Shown here: piece by piece, positions 38,217-50,620 of the stretch
How the letters are laid out: each line of letters starts with the position of its first letter
How positions within the stretch are numbered: the stretch's first letter is position 1
From: Octopus sinensis
Taxonomy: Eukaryota
Length of the DNA stretch: 64,000 bases
Direction of reading: 5' to 3'
Assembly: GCF_006345805.1 (NCBI RefSeq)
Contig: NC_042997.1
Span: 29,822,001-29,886,000 of the forward strand
Notes under the pieces: model-generated
Told to the model about the DNA's origin: nothing
The model's input: the letters and a program-made list of their open reading frames with translations, nothing else
Databases searched by the model: none
Made by a program: the position numbers and the translations under genes

Positions 38217-38899
38217 CTTTCTTAAAATAAATGTTAATATTGGTTTAAACAATCTATATTTGACCGAGTCATCATAAGTATACTTCACTCACTAATTTTA
38301 TTGACATGAAGAAAAGAAAGTCATTTGACTAAAATGCAAATCAACTTTTAAGCGAGCCGAGCGTAATGCATCGAAGAGTTAACGATGGAGATAGTATGTG
38401 ATCACTTTATCGACTATAATACCACCCTCATCTCGCTTGAGGTAGATGGATATTTACTTCTAGAAGTTCAGACATAGCAGTGTGGAAAAAAAAATATACA
38501 TAAAAAAATAAACAACATTGAACCAACTCCGCATTTTCGGTTCACTTCCATTGCACTGAATATTTATAGTTCATAAATAAAGACCGCAAATCCTTTCAGT
38601 GGTTTAATGAAATACAGACTAACGCAAGTATTGTGCCAGATTTCCGGAGTGAAATAACCTCCTGTTATAAAAGATGATGGTACCCCGTTTCTCATCTAAC
38701 TAGACCATTAAAAAACAAAAATGTCATTCCTGGAAACGATAATTTACATTACAAAAAGAAAGGTATTAGCGTTTAGACGCAGGTAGACGATAAACTTTAG
38801 TATCAGAAAAACCAAAGGAATCGAGCATCTCAGATCAAAGAAGTCCAAAGATGAGAGTTCTACATGAAACAACCAAGAAAATATTTCGAATGGTGGATG

Positions 38900-39266
38900 G
38901 AAGCACTCCGTCGGTTACGACGACGAGGGTTCCGGTTGATCCGAATCAACGGAACAGCCTCCTCGTGAAATTAACGTGTAAGTGGCTGAGCACTCCACAG
39001 ACACGTGTACCCTTAACGTAGTTCTCGGGGATATTCAGCGTGACACAGAGAGTGACAAGGCCGGCCCTTTGAAATACAGGTACAACAGAAACAGGAAGTA
39101 AGAGTGAGAGAAAGTTGTGGTGAAAGAGTACAGCAGGGATCACCACTATCCCCTGCCGGAGCCTCGTGGAGCTTTAGGTGTTTTCGCTCAATAAACACTC
39201 ACAACGCCCGGTCTGGGAATCGAAACCGCGAGTCCGCTGCCCTAACCACTGGGCCATTGCGCCTCC
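38900..39266 (-). mobile_element. SINE family C, full length
   Basis: Head ggaggcgcaatggcccagtggttagggcagcggactcgcggtttcgattccc; homologous to 23931-24270. Confidence 0.9.
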
Positions 39267-39899
39267 ACATTTCGAATGGTAAGAGTATTCCGTCAATATA
39301 GTTGCACCCATAAGATGACCACGCAAAGCATCAGACACTCACATATACGAAGCTGAATTGTCATAATACATAACCAGAAAAGTAGAAGTTGTTAACATTA
39401 CCGCACGTCTCACTTTCCTAACTAAAGTTTCAATATACGCATCATACACTTTTCACAAAAAAATATATGTTCCAACAAGCTAAAACTGTACTACGTAAAC
39501 GAAACAGGAATATGTATGCGTATGACAATTTAACGTATTGAATACATAAAAAAAAACAAGGTCACTCCTGTGTAATTCTCAGTTATGAGAGAGTTATATG
39601 TAATCAACTTTAACTATTGTGCTTTGGTTTTCTTGTTTTCAATAAAAGTGCGTATGTATATGTATATAAATACACATATGATGAAAATAACAAGATGTAT
39701 TTACATTTGTTTAAAGCTACAGATTGAAGGCTAAAAAAATCTTTAGTTTGACAAACATAAAATTATTTCACATTACGTATATACCTGGCTTGGCCATAAT
39801 TATCCATAAAATATTCAGACACATCGCAGTATAGTGCCGAAAGACCATTAGCTCAGGTAACATAGTTAACCGCCAACTCCAGAGTGATTTTAATAGCTA

Positions 39900-40521
39900 T
39901 TTACGTTTGAAGGATGGAGGCGTGACGATATTGACGATAGACTCGGCTGATAAACCGACTCGTCCCATACGTGACAGCAGTCGTTCGACATAACCCGAGC
40001 CGCAAGCCCACCGACTTTTCCCGGTAACAGGAATGAAAATCAACCGGGAAAAGTCGGTGGGTTTGCAGCTCGGCACCTGGAGAAGCAAGTACATGCCGTC
40101 CACCCGCGCCTCCGTTGTGGGACACTGGACCGACGTTCCGGTCGAGTTGCTCGGGGTCTGGTTTGGTCCGGACCTCCAAATGGCAAAGAACTAGGACGAG
40201 ATAACGCGTAGGGTGATCACTCTCGCCCGGCAATGGGCCGAGAGAAAGCTGTCCCTAAACGGTCGGGCGGAGGTGGCGAACACGTACATCGTGTCCGTCA
40301 TCTACTACCGCCTGACCGTCGTGCCTTGTCCCGACCCTATCATCACCGAACTAGAACGCATTCTCTTCCGCTTCTTGTGGAAAGGATGCGTTCCGATGAT
40401 CAGGCGATCCATTTGCTGTCAACAACCGTTAAAAGAAGGGCTGGGCATGCCGTGGCTGATGATGCGCAGATACGCTCTGAGACTGCAACATCTCCGGCTT
40501 TACGTAGACGACGATGATTGA
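39900..40521 (+). mobile_element. L1/Tx1-like LINE reverse-transcriptase C-terminal fragment
   Basis: GMKINREKSVGLQLGTW..LLGVWFGPDL..WAERKLSLNGRAEVANTYIVSVIYYRLTVVPCP..LFRFLWKG..EGLGMP; one internal stop; ends at a (GATA)n array. Confidence 0.9.
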
Positions 40522-40590
40522 TAGATAGATAAACAGACACAGAGACAGACAGGCAGACAGACACACACACACACAGATAGACAGACAGAC

Positions 40591-40691
<101 letters not shown>

Positions 40692-41362
40692 TGTTTATAT
40701 GTAAATAATTATAATGAACATGAAGACGTATAAGAAAAAGTTTTCAATTATATGGCTGTTCATTTTCAACAGACACTAAAATGACAGGTAATAAACTTAA
40801 GTTTTCAGCTGTTTCTTGGCAGCCTTACTCGTAAAATATACTTAATGTTAAAAATTACATCAATTAGTACCTCTTAAAAGAACGATTATATTACATTCAG
40901 AAATATCTTATCTAAATAAACTGATACGTTTAATAATCATTATCTACATGGTATAGAGAATTGTGTGGTAAAATTAAAAGACACGTATGACACTCATCAT
41001 AGTGTTGATATATATTAACTACAGAAGAGTCTTGTTTAAGTGGCGGTAAAAGTTATGGATTTCTATACCTAACAATGTAATATTTTGGCTCTCAAAATCC
41101 TTTATGAATGAAAACAAGATACCGAGTTTTCCTCTGAGATACACACACATGTTGTAAAACAAGTGGTGTAATAATGTGTAGAATTTTATAATTGAATATT
41201 CTGGTTTATGTGCAGATAATTGCTTAATAACAGTGTATTTTTAGATACCTTTTCCTTATGAGAGATGATTTGCAGTCTGCAGGTTAGTCGATGTTGACTG
41301 TCACATTCATTACCAGATAGTTGATACACCAGGTTCTAAGTCATACATTCATACACACATGT

Positions 41363-41436
<74 letters not shown>

Positions 41437-41466
41437 GTGTGTGTATGTACATATATACATGCGTGT

Positions 41467-41840
41467 GCGTGTGGTAAGTAGCTTGCTAACCAACCACATG
41501 GTTCCGGGTTCAGTCCCGCTGCGTGGCATCTTGGGCATGTGCCTTCTGCTATAGCCTCGGGCCGACCAATGCTTTGTGAGTGAATTTGGTAGACGGAAAC
41601 TGAAAGAAGCCTGTCGTATATATGTATATATATGTATATGTGTGTGTCTGTGTTTGTCCCCCTAGCATTGCTTGACAACCGATGCTGGTGTGTTTATGTC
41701 CCCGTCACTTAGCGGTTCGGCAAAAGAGACCGATAGAATAAGTACTGGGCTTACAAAGAATAAGTCCCGCCGTCGACTTGCTCGACTAAAGGTGGTGCTC
41801 CAGCATGGCTGCAGTCAAATGACTGAAACAAGTAAAAGAG
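41467..41840 (+). mobile_element. SINE family B
   Basis: Collinear with 54449-54852. Confidence 0.88.
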
Positions 41841-41865
41841 AGAGAAAAGAAAGAAAAAGATATAT

Positions 41866-41903
<38 letters not shown>

Positions 41904-41971
41904 GCATAGACATATGGATAGATAGTTAGATAGGTAGATAGATCGATAGATAGATAGATAGATAGATAGAT

Positions 41972-42009
<38 letters not shown>

Positions 42010-42010
42010 C

Positions 42011-42056
<46 letters not shown>

Positions 42057-42762
42057 CATATAATCTTATATTTTATATCTAGACGAAAGTTCTTTAAAAT
42101 TCTAAGTACTTAAATATTCTGGAGGGATGTATACATCATTGTCATTCATAAACAAAATTGCCAAAATGATTGGGGATTCCACTGGACACAAACAAAGGGC
42201 AAAATGTTGTTTAGAAACAATAGACGTGCTGGAATATATAATAGAACAATGAAAAGATTAGAGAAGAAGAATAGATATAAAGAAGAGAAAATAAATATTC
42301 ATGATAAAAAGTAAAGATACAAAGTAAAAATGAAAATAAAAGACTAAACAAAAGTAAAAACAGGTAACGATGGAGATTGTTCTCGCTATGTAGGTAGTAA
42401 ACAGAAATCGTGAGTTTATGTTTGTGCAGCTATATATATATGAACGATAAATTTTTCCTTTCTTAAAGTAATTCATGCCTATAAGAAGATATATATTTGT
42501 TTAATGCGATTCTTTTGTAATCATTCTTCTACAGTTTACAATCAATCTCTTGTGACAAGTGCCATTGTTGTTCAATTTGCGCAGTTTCCTAAGCACCGAA
42601 AGCGTAAATCGCATATTTATAGCTTACAAGATTGCAGCTTCCTAATGAATAACAAAACATGTACACATCCATATATACTTCTATACATAGATACACACAA
42701 ATGCAAACAGACACACACATACACACACACACACTCACACACAAACAAACAATCACCACACA

Positions 42763-42804
<42 letters not shown>

Positions 42805-43200
42805 AATACACACATGCTCATGTAAAAACACGTGCACATATATATAGGTGGACGCATAACAGATCTAAGTATGAAATTAATACACTTTTATTACATAAGC
42901 CAGGTATTTATCGATTCAACAGGTAGCTAGTATCATGTATTTACATATATGTATATTAAACAAATGTGAAAAAAAACATATATAAAGTAACTATGGAATA
43001 TTTTGCAATTATTACTATGTACACGCAAACACTTGAGTGACAATCAGGATATCCCCTGTTAAATTAGTTACAATTACTCAACAAATAGTGAAATATAATG
43101 TAGTAGCTATTGATATAATAAGTGGATGTTATAAAAACATGAACCTAGGATGAACGAGAGACGAAGTTTTCACCTTATATGTGAAGAGAAATTCATAGAC

Positions 43201-43430
43201 GTCTGGCAGAAACGTTAGCGCGCCGAACGAAATGCTGAGCGGTATTTCGTCTGCCGCTACGTTCTGAGTTCAAATTCCGCCGAGGTCGACTTTGCCTTTC
43301 ATCCTTTCGGGGTCGATAAATTAACTACCAGTTACGCACTGGGGTCGGTGTAATCGACTTAATACTATGTCTGTCCTTGTTTGTCATCTCTATGTTTAGC
43401 CCCTTGTGGGTAATAAAGAAATAGGTATTA
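43201..43430 (+). mobile_element. SINE family A, near full length
   Basis: Collinear with 60537-60766. Confidence 0.9.
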
Positions 43431-44204
43431 GTAAACAATAATCTCTGCTTACACTAGTGTTATAGCTAGTAACTGATATACTGGAACGTTTATCAATAGA
43501 TTTGAAATTACGTACGAACTATTAGTAGCTAGGCCTTTATGAACTTAGGCAGTTGTACTTTTAAAGCCTGAAAATTTATAATGACATCAGCCATCAACGA
43601 ATAAAGTTTAAGAAGCAATCACATATTCTCATCGAGATGTAATAAGTCTTCCCTTCATTGTAAGGCTTCTAGATATAATGATGTTACGATCATTGTTATA
43701 ATAAAGATATACTTATTGTACTGCCATTTTTCATCTTTCAATTCAATTCTTGTTCTGTCACGTATGGTCAATTTCAGCATTGTCTCAGGTTTCACCACAC
43801 ATTTCTTGTTTTCATAATGTTATTATAAAATCCTAAATTTATTCTGTGTTAGAGTCATAAGATCCGCTGCTAAAAATTTAACCAGGGTCTAACAATAAAG
43901 TGTAATTCTGAAATCTTATATTTATTCGTAATTCACTCGAGAAATTATTGTCAAGTAGCTCATCTTTCCACAATATACGAAGTAAGTCAATTACGAGTTG
44001 TATTATCGTTTAGAGAAGACGTTTTCCTGAAATACTGTTAACACTTAAGAGATACGAATTCTAAGAGTTGAATGTGAGACGAAGATAAGTTCCTCCACAA
44101 AAACTCCTGAAAAAACGTCTCACGGATCTAATTTTACATTGAAACTATGATTCCGTGTACACACACATACATACACATACACAAAACTCTCTCTCTCTCT
44201 CTCT

Positions 44205-44236
<32 letters not shown>

Positions 44237-44243
44237 ATAATAC

Positions 44244-44403
44244 ATATTAGGGAATAAATCCAAACTTACAGGGAAAAATCAGATTTAGGATTGAATCCAA
44301 CTTTATAATAAAATATTTATATTATATTAAATTAGAGACAAAACCACTATTAGGCAAATCAAACATTGTTTGATTTGCCTAATAGTGGTTTTGTCTCTAA
44401 TTT
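44244..44403. mobile_element. Fold-back element with a perfect 37-bp/1-nt/37-bp palindrome
   Basis: aaattagagacaaaaccactattaggcaaatcaaaca-t-tgtttgatttgcctaatagtggttttgtctctaattt (44329-44403), with leader atattagggaataaatccaaac. Confidence 0.9.
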
Positions 44404-44404
44404 G

Positions 44405-44453
<49 letters not shown>

Positions 44454-44504
44454 GGGTGGGTATATACACACACACAAATATATATGTATATATACACAGT
44501 TTAA

Positions 44505-45350
44505 AATCGAAGACAAAATAGAAAAGCTTATCCCACGAAATGTTTCATAACCCTGAAAGACCATAAAGATTACTTCCCGCAAACTCCTAGATATATATTA
44601 ATAAATCTCAGAAAATGCGAACTGAGAATTATTATTAATTCCATATTAGATAATATCATACGACATATCACAGCACACTCAAATCTTACTCCATGGATAT
44701 GCAGTAGTACAACTATTGAATGGTTTAAGAAAGTAAGAGATAAATCCAAATGCAATTTTATACAATTCGATATCGTAGAGCTCTACCACTCGATCCCGAA
44801 AAGCTTGCTTCAGAAGGCACTTGAATTTAGTAAGACATATGCTACTGTAACAAATAACGATATAGATATAATTGTGAACGCAAGGAAACCATTACTAATT
44901 CATGATAATTCGTATTGTGTAAGAATGAATGGAGACGAGTTACTTGATATGGGGAGTTATAACGGTGCAGATATAGCTGACTTTGTAGGCTCTCATAACT
45001 TAGATATCCTTAAATAAGAAATACATGAAGCTAACATAAGTGTATATAGGGACGATTGCCTTGGAGTAGAATACAATGAAAACAGACATGTTAGGGATAC
45101 AATAAGGAAACATTATGCAAAATATTTAGCCAATTAGGCCTAAAAACTACAATTAGTACCAACTTTAAAGTAGTCAAATTCTTAGTTACTAACATGAACC
45201 TTAATACAGGAAAATTTAGACCCTACCACAAACTAAACGAGGCGATCTCGTACATGGTCATAAGTTCGAAACATCCACCAACAGTAATTAAGCAAATAGT
45301 CAACAACTTTAGCAGGCGCGTCTCCAATTTCTCCGCTGACAAAGACACTT
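44505..45350 (+). mobile_element. Penelope-like (Naiad-like) reverse-transcriptase pseudogene fragment
   Basis: CFITLKDHKDYF..FIQFDIVELYHSI..MGSYNGADIADFVG..YRDDCLG..MNLNTGKFRPYHK..SKHPPTVIKQI. Confidence 0.9.
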
Positions 45351-45439
45351 TGGTTGACTACATCGAAAGATACTATTAAGATGTCTTTGTTTATTGTTTC
45401 AGGAAGATGGTCGAGCACATTCATGTCAGTTCTTAAGTA

Positions 45440-46230
45440 GCAAAAAACCCAACTGCGTCAGTTTGATTGAGGGATCAGAACTCTCCTTCAAATAGGTACA
45501 ACGCTTCACAGTGAAAAGCAGCTTCATGTGTGCTTCGGAGAACCTGATATACGCACTAAACTGCTCTGGGTGTTAAGAATAATACATAGGCCAAAAAAAG
45601 CAGTCTACGTCAAAGGATGGCTCTGCACAGACACCAGATAAAGGTTTTTTTAAACAAACAGAAAAATAGCATTACGCCAACGCATCCACATTTGCGCTAA
45701 TAACAAAAATCCAAGCTTCAGAATTTTTCCCATCAATTCAGGGACGATACAACCTGTGGCAAACAAAAGAGTCTCTCTTTATCACAGAATACAGACCCCT
45801 TATGAACGCATCTACAATAAATGACATACCCACCAAGACCTTAGAATAATACACTCATAAATATTAAAACTGATACATTCAAAAGAGATAACCAAGAATC
45901 CATTAAAAACAGTCCCAATCACTGCTATAATCCACAGCGAATCACTTTCAGGTCACTTGACCATTTAATATCCCACTACTATCATACCATCCCGCATTGT
46001 TTTATCATTCTTTCTCTTTTCTCCTTTTTTCTTCCTCTTCTTCTTCCTCTCTGCCACCGCCTTCCTTACTTTACTACTACTCTGTTTACTATAACAGCTA
46101 CGTAAATATTATAAACAATACATTCAAAAGACATATCTCAAGAATTCAATCACAACTACCATCCACAACAAGTCACTTTCAGGGCACTTAACCCTTTAAC
46201 ATCCTACTACTATCGTAGCACTCCCACATT
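45440..46230 (+). mobile_element. PLE GIY-YIG endonuclease remnant and duplicated 3' region
   Basis: FTVKSSFMCASENLIYALNCSGC*E*YIGQ..LRQRMALHRHQI..KESLFITEYRPLMN. Downstream is a diverged tandem duplication (tacattcaaaaga..tcactttcagg.cactt.acc..ctactatc). Confidence 0.75.
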
Positions 46231-46578
46231 CTCTTCTTCTTTCTTCTTCTTCTTCTCCTTCTTCTTCTTCTTCTCTGCCAAGAATTCACAACGACCTCGA
46301 TCCCACAACAGTACACAAGAGAAATAGAGACAGGCAGAAACAAGGAAAATGCAACTTGTATTTGAATACAATGCATATATTTTTTTTTAACTTTTCATTT
46401 AATTTTTATAAAATTTAATTATTTTTCATATTTACAGTTTAAAAAATCTCAATGACCGAAACCGGTACTGACATGTTTTCAAGTTTTTTATAAAATTATT
46501 TTAGCATTTTCTGCCTTGACTTTTTTCCATATAAATATTTCTTTTCAGCCCTCTATCATATATATATATATATATATA

Positions 46579-46626
<48 letters not shown>

Positions 46627-46684
46627 GAGTTATGGAATGGAAAACATAATTTTCATAGCGAGCAGAAACTATTTTTCAATCAAG

Positions 46685-46783
46685 ATATCCTTTGCCTGAA
46701 GAGTAGCCTGCGGTATACACGTCGCTTGGATATTTACCGTTTCTGATGTTCCACTCGCTATGAAACATATGTAGTCCGGATAT
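46685..46783 (+). ncRNA. Type I hammerhead ribozyme, canonical core
   Basis: AUAUCC UUU GC-CUGAAGA-GUAGC..GCUAU-GAAAC-AUAU-GUA/GU CC GGAUAU. Stem III is the palindrome ACAUAUGU, and stem I has an internal loop. Confidence 0.8.
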
Positions 46784-46969
46784 TATCTACTCCATTACTC
46801 CTGTATTCTTATTCGCACACCCAGTAACCCTTGTCACCTACCATGGAATATAAAACGAACTTGTTTAAGTTCATCGAACTTCGATTAAAAAAAGTCCACA
46901 TATATTTTATATATTTACTACGGATTGCTTAAAGTTAAGTTTCTTCGTACACTTCGATCCCCGGATCTA

Positions 46970-47038
<69 letters not shown>

Positions 47039-47056
47039 TATGCATGTATGTATATA

Positions 47057-47200
47057 GGCGCAGGAATGGCTGCGTGGGTTCCGGGTTCATACCCACTGCG
47101 TGGCACCTTAGGCAAGTGTCTTCTACTATAGAGTGGATTGGTAGATGAAAACCGAAAGAAACCCGTCGTATATATGTATATATATGTATGTGTGTGTATG
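47057..47200 (+). mobile_element. SINE family B head (internally deleted)
   Basis: ggcgcaggaatggctgcgtgg..ggcaccttaggcaagtgtcttctactatag. Confidence 0.8.
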
Positions 47201-47262
<62 letters not shown>

Positions 47263-47528
47263 CTCCGATTTATCTATACTGTAGTTTTACTCTTTTTATG
47301 AAGTAGACATCCTCGGATAACGCCAGAGGTTTACTTGTCCGTCTTCCATTCTTGAACTTTTTACATCCGGTAAATGAAGTATTGCTTCTACCTGCTTTGG
47401 CTTCGCAATTTCAATAGACCGCCTTCCCATTCGTACTAGCAATATATGCCAATGGACGTATACTCCTTGAATTTTCTCAATATACATATATAGATATATT
47501 CTTACAAAGATGCATGAATGTATACATA

Positions 47529-47602
<74 letters not shown>

Positions 47603-47722
47603 GTATACAAACATCATAAGGGTAAAAATTATTAAGAATAATAATTTATGCCAATGGTAAAAATTGTACGTAGATTGAAAATTATTTTTATACACACACA
47701 CACACACAAACACACTTATATA

Positions 47723-47757
<35 letters not shown>

Positions 47758-48012
47758 ATATATATATCAAGAATAAAAGAATAAAAGAATATATATATAT
47801 AAATATATGCAGAGCGAGAAAGTGAAACTAATTGATAATAAATCTTCATATGTAATTTTTATATTTGTTTGTAATTTGCATTTTAATAAGGTAGTTGAAA
47901 TGTTCCTGTAACTTTCAATATGTAGGGGTGTGTGTGTGTGTGTGTGTATTTTACAGAATGCCACATAATTGTTACCTGAGCGATAATTTGTTACAATAAA
48001 TAAGGCACAAAT

Positions 48013-48480
48013 GTGGCTGGCCTGGAAAGTTCATAGGTTGACTATGAGGCAGTGATGCTAGAGCTCTGAGAGTCCGATACGTTACACGAATCCGTTCTTA
48101 TAGTAATTGCATTGTTTATTCTTGTTTTTTTTTCTAGTTAAATTGACACCTGACAGTTTAAAGAAGATTTCAAAGTAAATATTACAGATTCTCTTGTAAA
48201 TTGCCAAAATTTAGCAACGTGTTGTTATCATCTATCTGTAGAAAAAGTGTTCAGCCCCCAGGGACATTCCTGCTGACCTGGTTGCAACATAACAGAATGA
48301 CGTTCCAGTTTTGGGCCGCTGAAATCAGGCGTGGAAGGAAGAGTAATGAAGACGACCATTAAGATGTTATATCTGGTTCGGCAGGGATTTTACACGGTTA
48401 ACGTTTTCGACATACACCCACATACTGAACCGTCTGAAATTGTAGTAAAACTTTTGGGTGTACCGTGACCCGTAGAGAGT
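48013..48480 (+). mobile_element. Degenerate mariner 5' fragment
   Basis: TIR-like ..gaaagttcataggttgactatga; FSPRDIPADLVAT..WAAEIRRGRKSNEDD resembles the mariner helix-turn-helix region. Confidence 0.65.
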
Positions 48481-49069
48481 GATGTTTGTTTATTTCTCTC
48501 CCCTTAATAATCAGCGTGTCTAATCTCAGCAAAATTCGAAAAAAAGTATTAAGGTTATGTCATAAAATAGAATCCATCTGACCATTTACATGAAAATATC
48601 CCATTCACTTTTAAATCACAATACATTATATGAATAATCTATGTTTCATATGTCGAATTGCTTAATGTTATTCATGGGTCAGTTTTCTTAAAAATCAGTT
48701 CATTATTTAATTGTGATTGAATTTTGACGATTTCTGTCATTCACTAGTTTAATTTCAATTCTACTACATGACTCCTAACATAAACTTTACCTAAATGTCA
48801 AATTTCATTAAATCCGGATGAATTCTGTAAACGTTACAATATAAAATATTAATCTTATGGGTAATTGCATACAAAATGCCTATTGATTTCTTAAAATCTG
48901 CCGCTCGCGCTCAATTATCGATTTTTTGTCAACTCTCGATGCTGGCCCCAATTAATTTACATGAACTGTAATCACGTGGAAAAATTCTACAAAATTGATA
49001 ATAATATCTTTAAGGAAGTGCTTATTTGTATTTGTGCCTTTTTCAATCTCTTTTAAATTAAATAAACGC

Positions 49070-49274
49070 ATTTACTATACGCCCCCATCCATCACTACAA
49101 GAACTGGAGACTGTTTTAGCTGAAGGATGGACGAAAATTCCTTTAGAAACGTTTTAGGATTCCAAACCACGTAGAATTCAAGGTGTAATTACTGCCAACG
49201 GCAGTTCTACCCCATGTTAAAATAAATTTGTTTGAAATTTTAAGGTGTTTCCATTATTTTGTCCAACCCCTGTA
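49070..49274 (+). mobile_element. Tc1-like transposon 3' end with right TIR
   Basis: PSLQELETVLAEGWTKIPLET..PRRIQGVITANGSSTPC*, followed by ggtgtttccattattttgtccaacccctg-TA. Confidence 0.8.
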
Positions 49275-49362
49275 CCTATGTGCTAAAATCATTAAAATCA
49301 GTTCGTCGGTATAGGAGGAGTTAGAGTAACCCCAAACACACACACAGACATCATTACGCATT

Positions 49363-49365
<3 letters not shown>
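49275..49365 (+). mobile_element. Possible Helitron-like non-autonomous 3' end
   Basis: taaaatcagttcgtcggtataggaggagtt..acacacacagacat..ttatgtatata resembles HINE/Lep1-type ends (from memory). Confidence 0.35.
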
Positions 49366-49412
<47 letters not shown>

Positions 49413-49507
49413 GGAGTAAACACATAAATGTGAAACAAGGTGGAAAAAGAGTACTCAAATACCAGTGGTAGAGTAATATGCTTTATTTAAAGCAGAGAAA
49501 ATTCAAC

Positions 49508-49555
49508 AAAACCTGTTACTCTGAGTTTCCCGTTGCCGTTCATCGGACAGTTTTT
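49508..49555 (-). ncRNA. Hammerhead, CCGAUGA core variant (left arm)
   Basis: Exact reverse complement of 49611-49658. Confidence 0.6.
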
Positions 49556-49610
49556 GCTAGAATAGAACCGATATGTCTGGATAGAATTGACATATCGATT
49601 CCATTCTAGC

Positions 49611-49658
49611 AAAAACTGTCCGATGAACGGCAACGGGAAACTCAGAGTAACAGGTTTT
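49611..49658 (+). ncRNA. Hammerhead, CCGAUGA core variant (right arm)
   Basis: AAAAACUGU-CCGAUGA-A CG GCAA CG G-GAAAC-UCAGA-GUA/ACAGGUUUU; stem I has 8 of 9 pairs and stem III has 3 bp. Confidence 0.6.
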
Positions 49659-49685
49659 GTTGAATTTTCTGCTGCTTTAAATAAA

Positions 49686-49750
<65 letters not shown>

Positions 49751-49754
49751 ATAA

Positions 49755-49978
49755 ATATTAGGGAATAAATCCAAATTTACAGGGAAAAATCAGATTTAAG
49801 ATTGAATCCAATTCTATAGTAAAATATAATATAATATTAATTAGAGACAAAACCACTATTATGCAAATCAAACAAAGAAAGACTTAATCCATTAATTTAT
49901 ATAATTTTTTTTTATGTATTGGATTAAGTCTTTCTTTGTTTGTTGCATAATAGTTGTTTTGTCTCTAATTAATATTAT
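49755..49978. mobile_element. Fold-back element of the GAGACAAAACCACTATT tail family
   Basis: Leader atattagggaataaatccaaa; arms at 49831-49891 and 49920-49978. Confidence 0.88.
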
Positions 49979-50309
49979 CTATATATATATATACATATAT
50001 AAATATATAGTGTTTTTCTTACATTGTATAGGTATGTGCGTCTGTAAAATACAGTTTGTAATCAATTATATTATAGAAACTGAGAAATGTGTGTGTATCG
50101 CGCACATATAGAGTAATTCTATTTGTATAGAGTAATTCTAGCCACAGAAATAGGTAGGTAAATATATAGATGAATTGATGCCTACTTGAATGGTCCTCGA
50201 AATTGTAAATAATTTTTTTATTTGTAGGGTCTTTTATATTAAAAATTAATATCTTCTCTAATAATGTCCCTTGAAATGTATGTTCTGTATTAAATGTTAG
50301 TTATATTGT

Positions 50310-50620
50310 GCGAGAATACACCTGGCTTAGTGGTTAGGGGTATTCAGCTCCCGTTCGTATGTTCGACTCCTGGTGGAGCGTTTTATCCTTGGGCAAATAC
50401 ATTATTTCTCCATGCTTCAGTCTATTCAGCTGGCAAAAATGAATTGTATCTATAATTCAAAAGACCAGCCTTTCACACTCTATGTCTCTCTGAATCTCTT
50501 TGTAAACTCTGTTAAGGTCACCGAGTCTGTGGATTGTTCAGCCACTTGTACGTTTATTTTCACAAGCAGGCTGTCCCGTTGATCGGGTCAACTGGAACAC
50601 TGGTGACCGTAAATGTGCCA
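50310..50620 (+). mobile_element. SINE related to family C (shared 3' domain, different head)
   Basis: tggcttagtggttagggg..gttcgactcc head; ttcagccacttgtacgttt..caagcaggctgtcccgttgatcgggtcaactggaac matches the family C 3' domain. Confidence 0.7.

Larger units (their letters stand above)
49412..49686. mobile_element. Fold-back element with 97/98-bp inverted arms carrying twin hammerheads
   Basis: Arms at 49481-49577 and 49589-49686 differ by 2 substitutions and 1 indel; 11-nt loop; (TA)n on both sides; left-only extension 49412-49480. Confidence 0.92.

Noticed and set aside
47296-47487. 63-aa minus-strand ORF between TA tracts
   Set aside because: No recognisable domain; possibly a transposon remnant, but I cannot support that.
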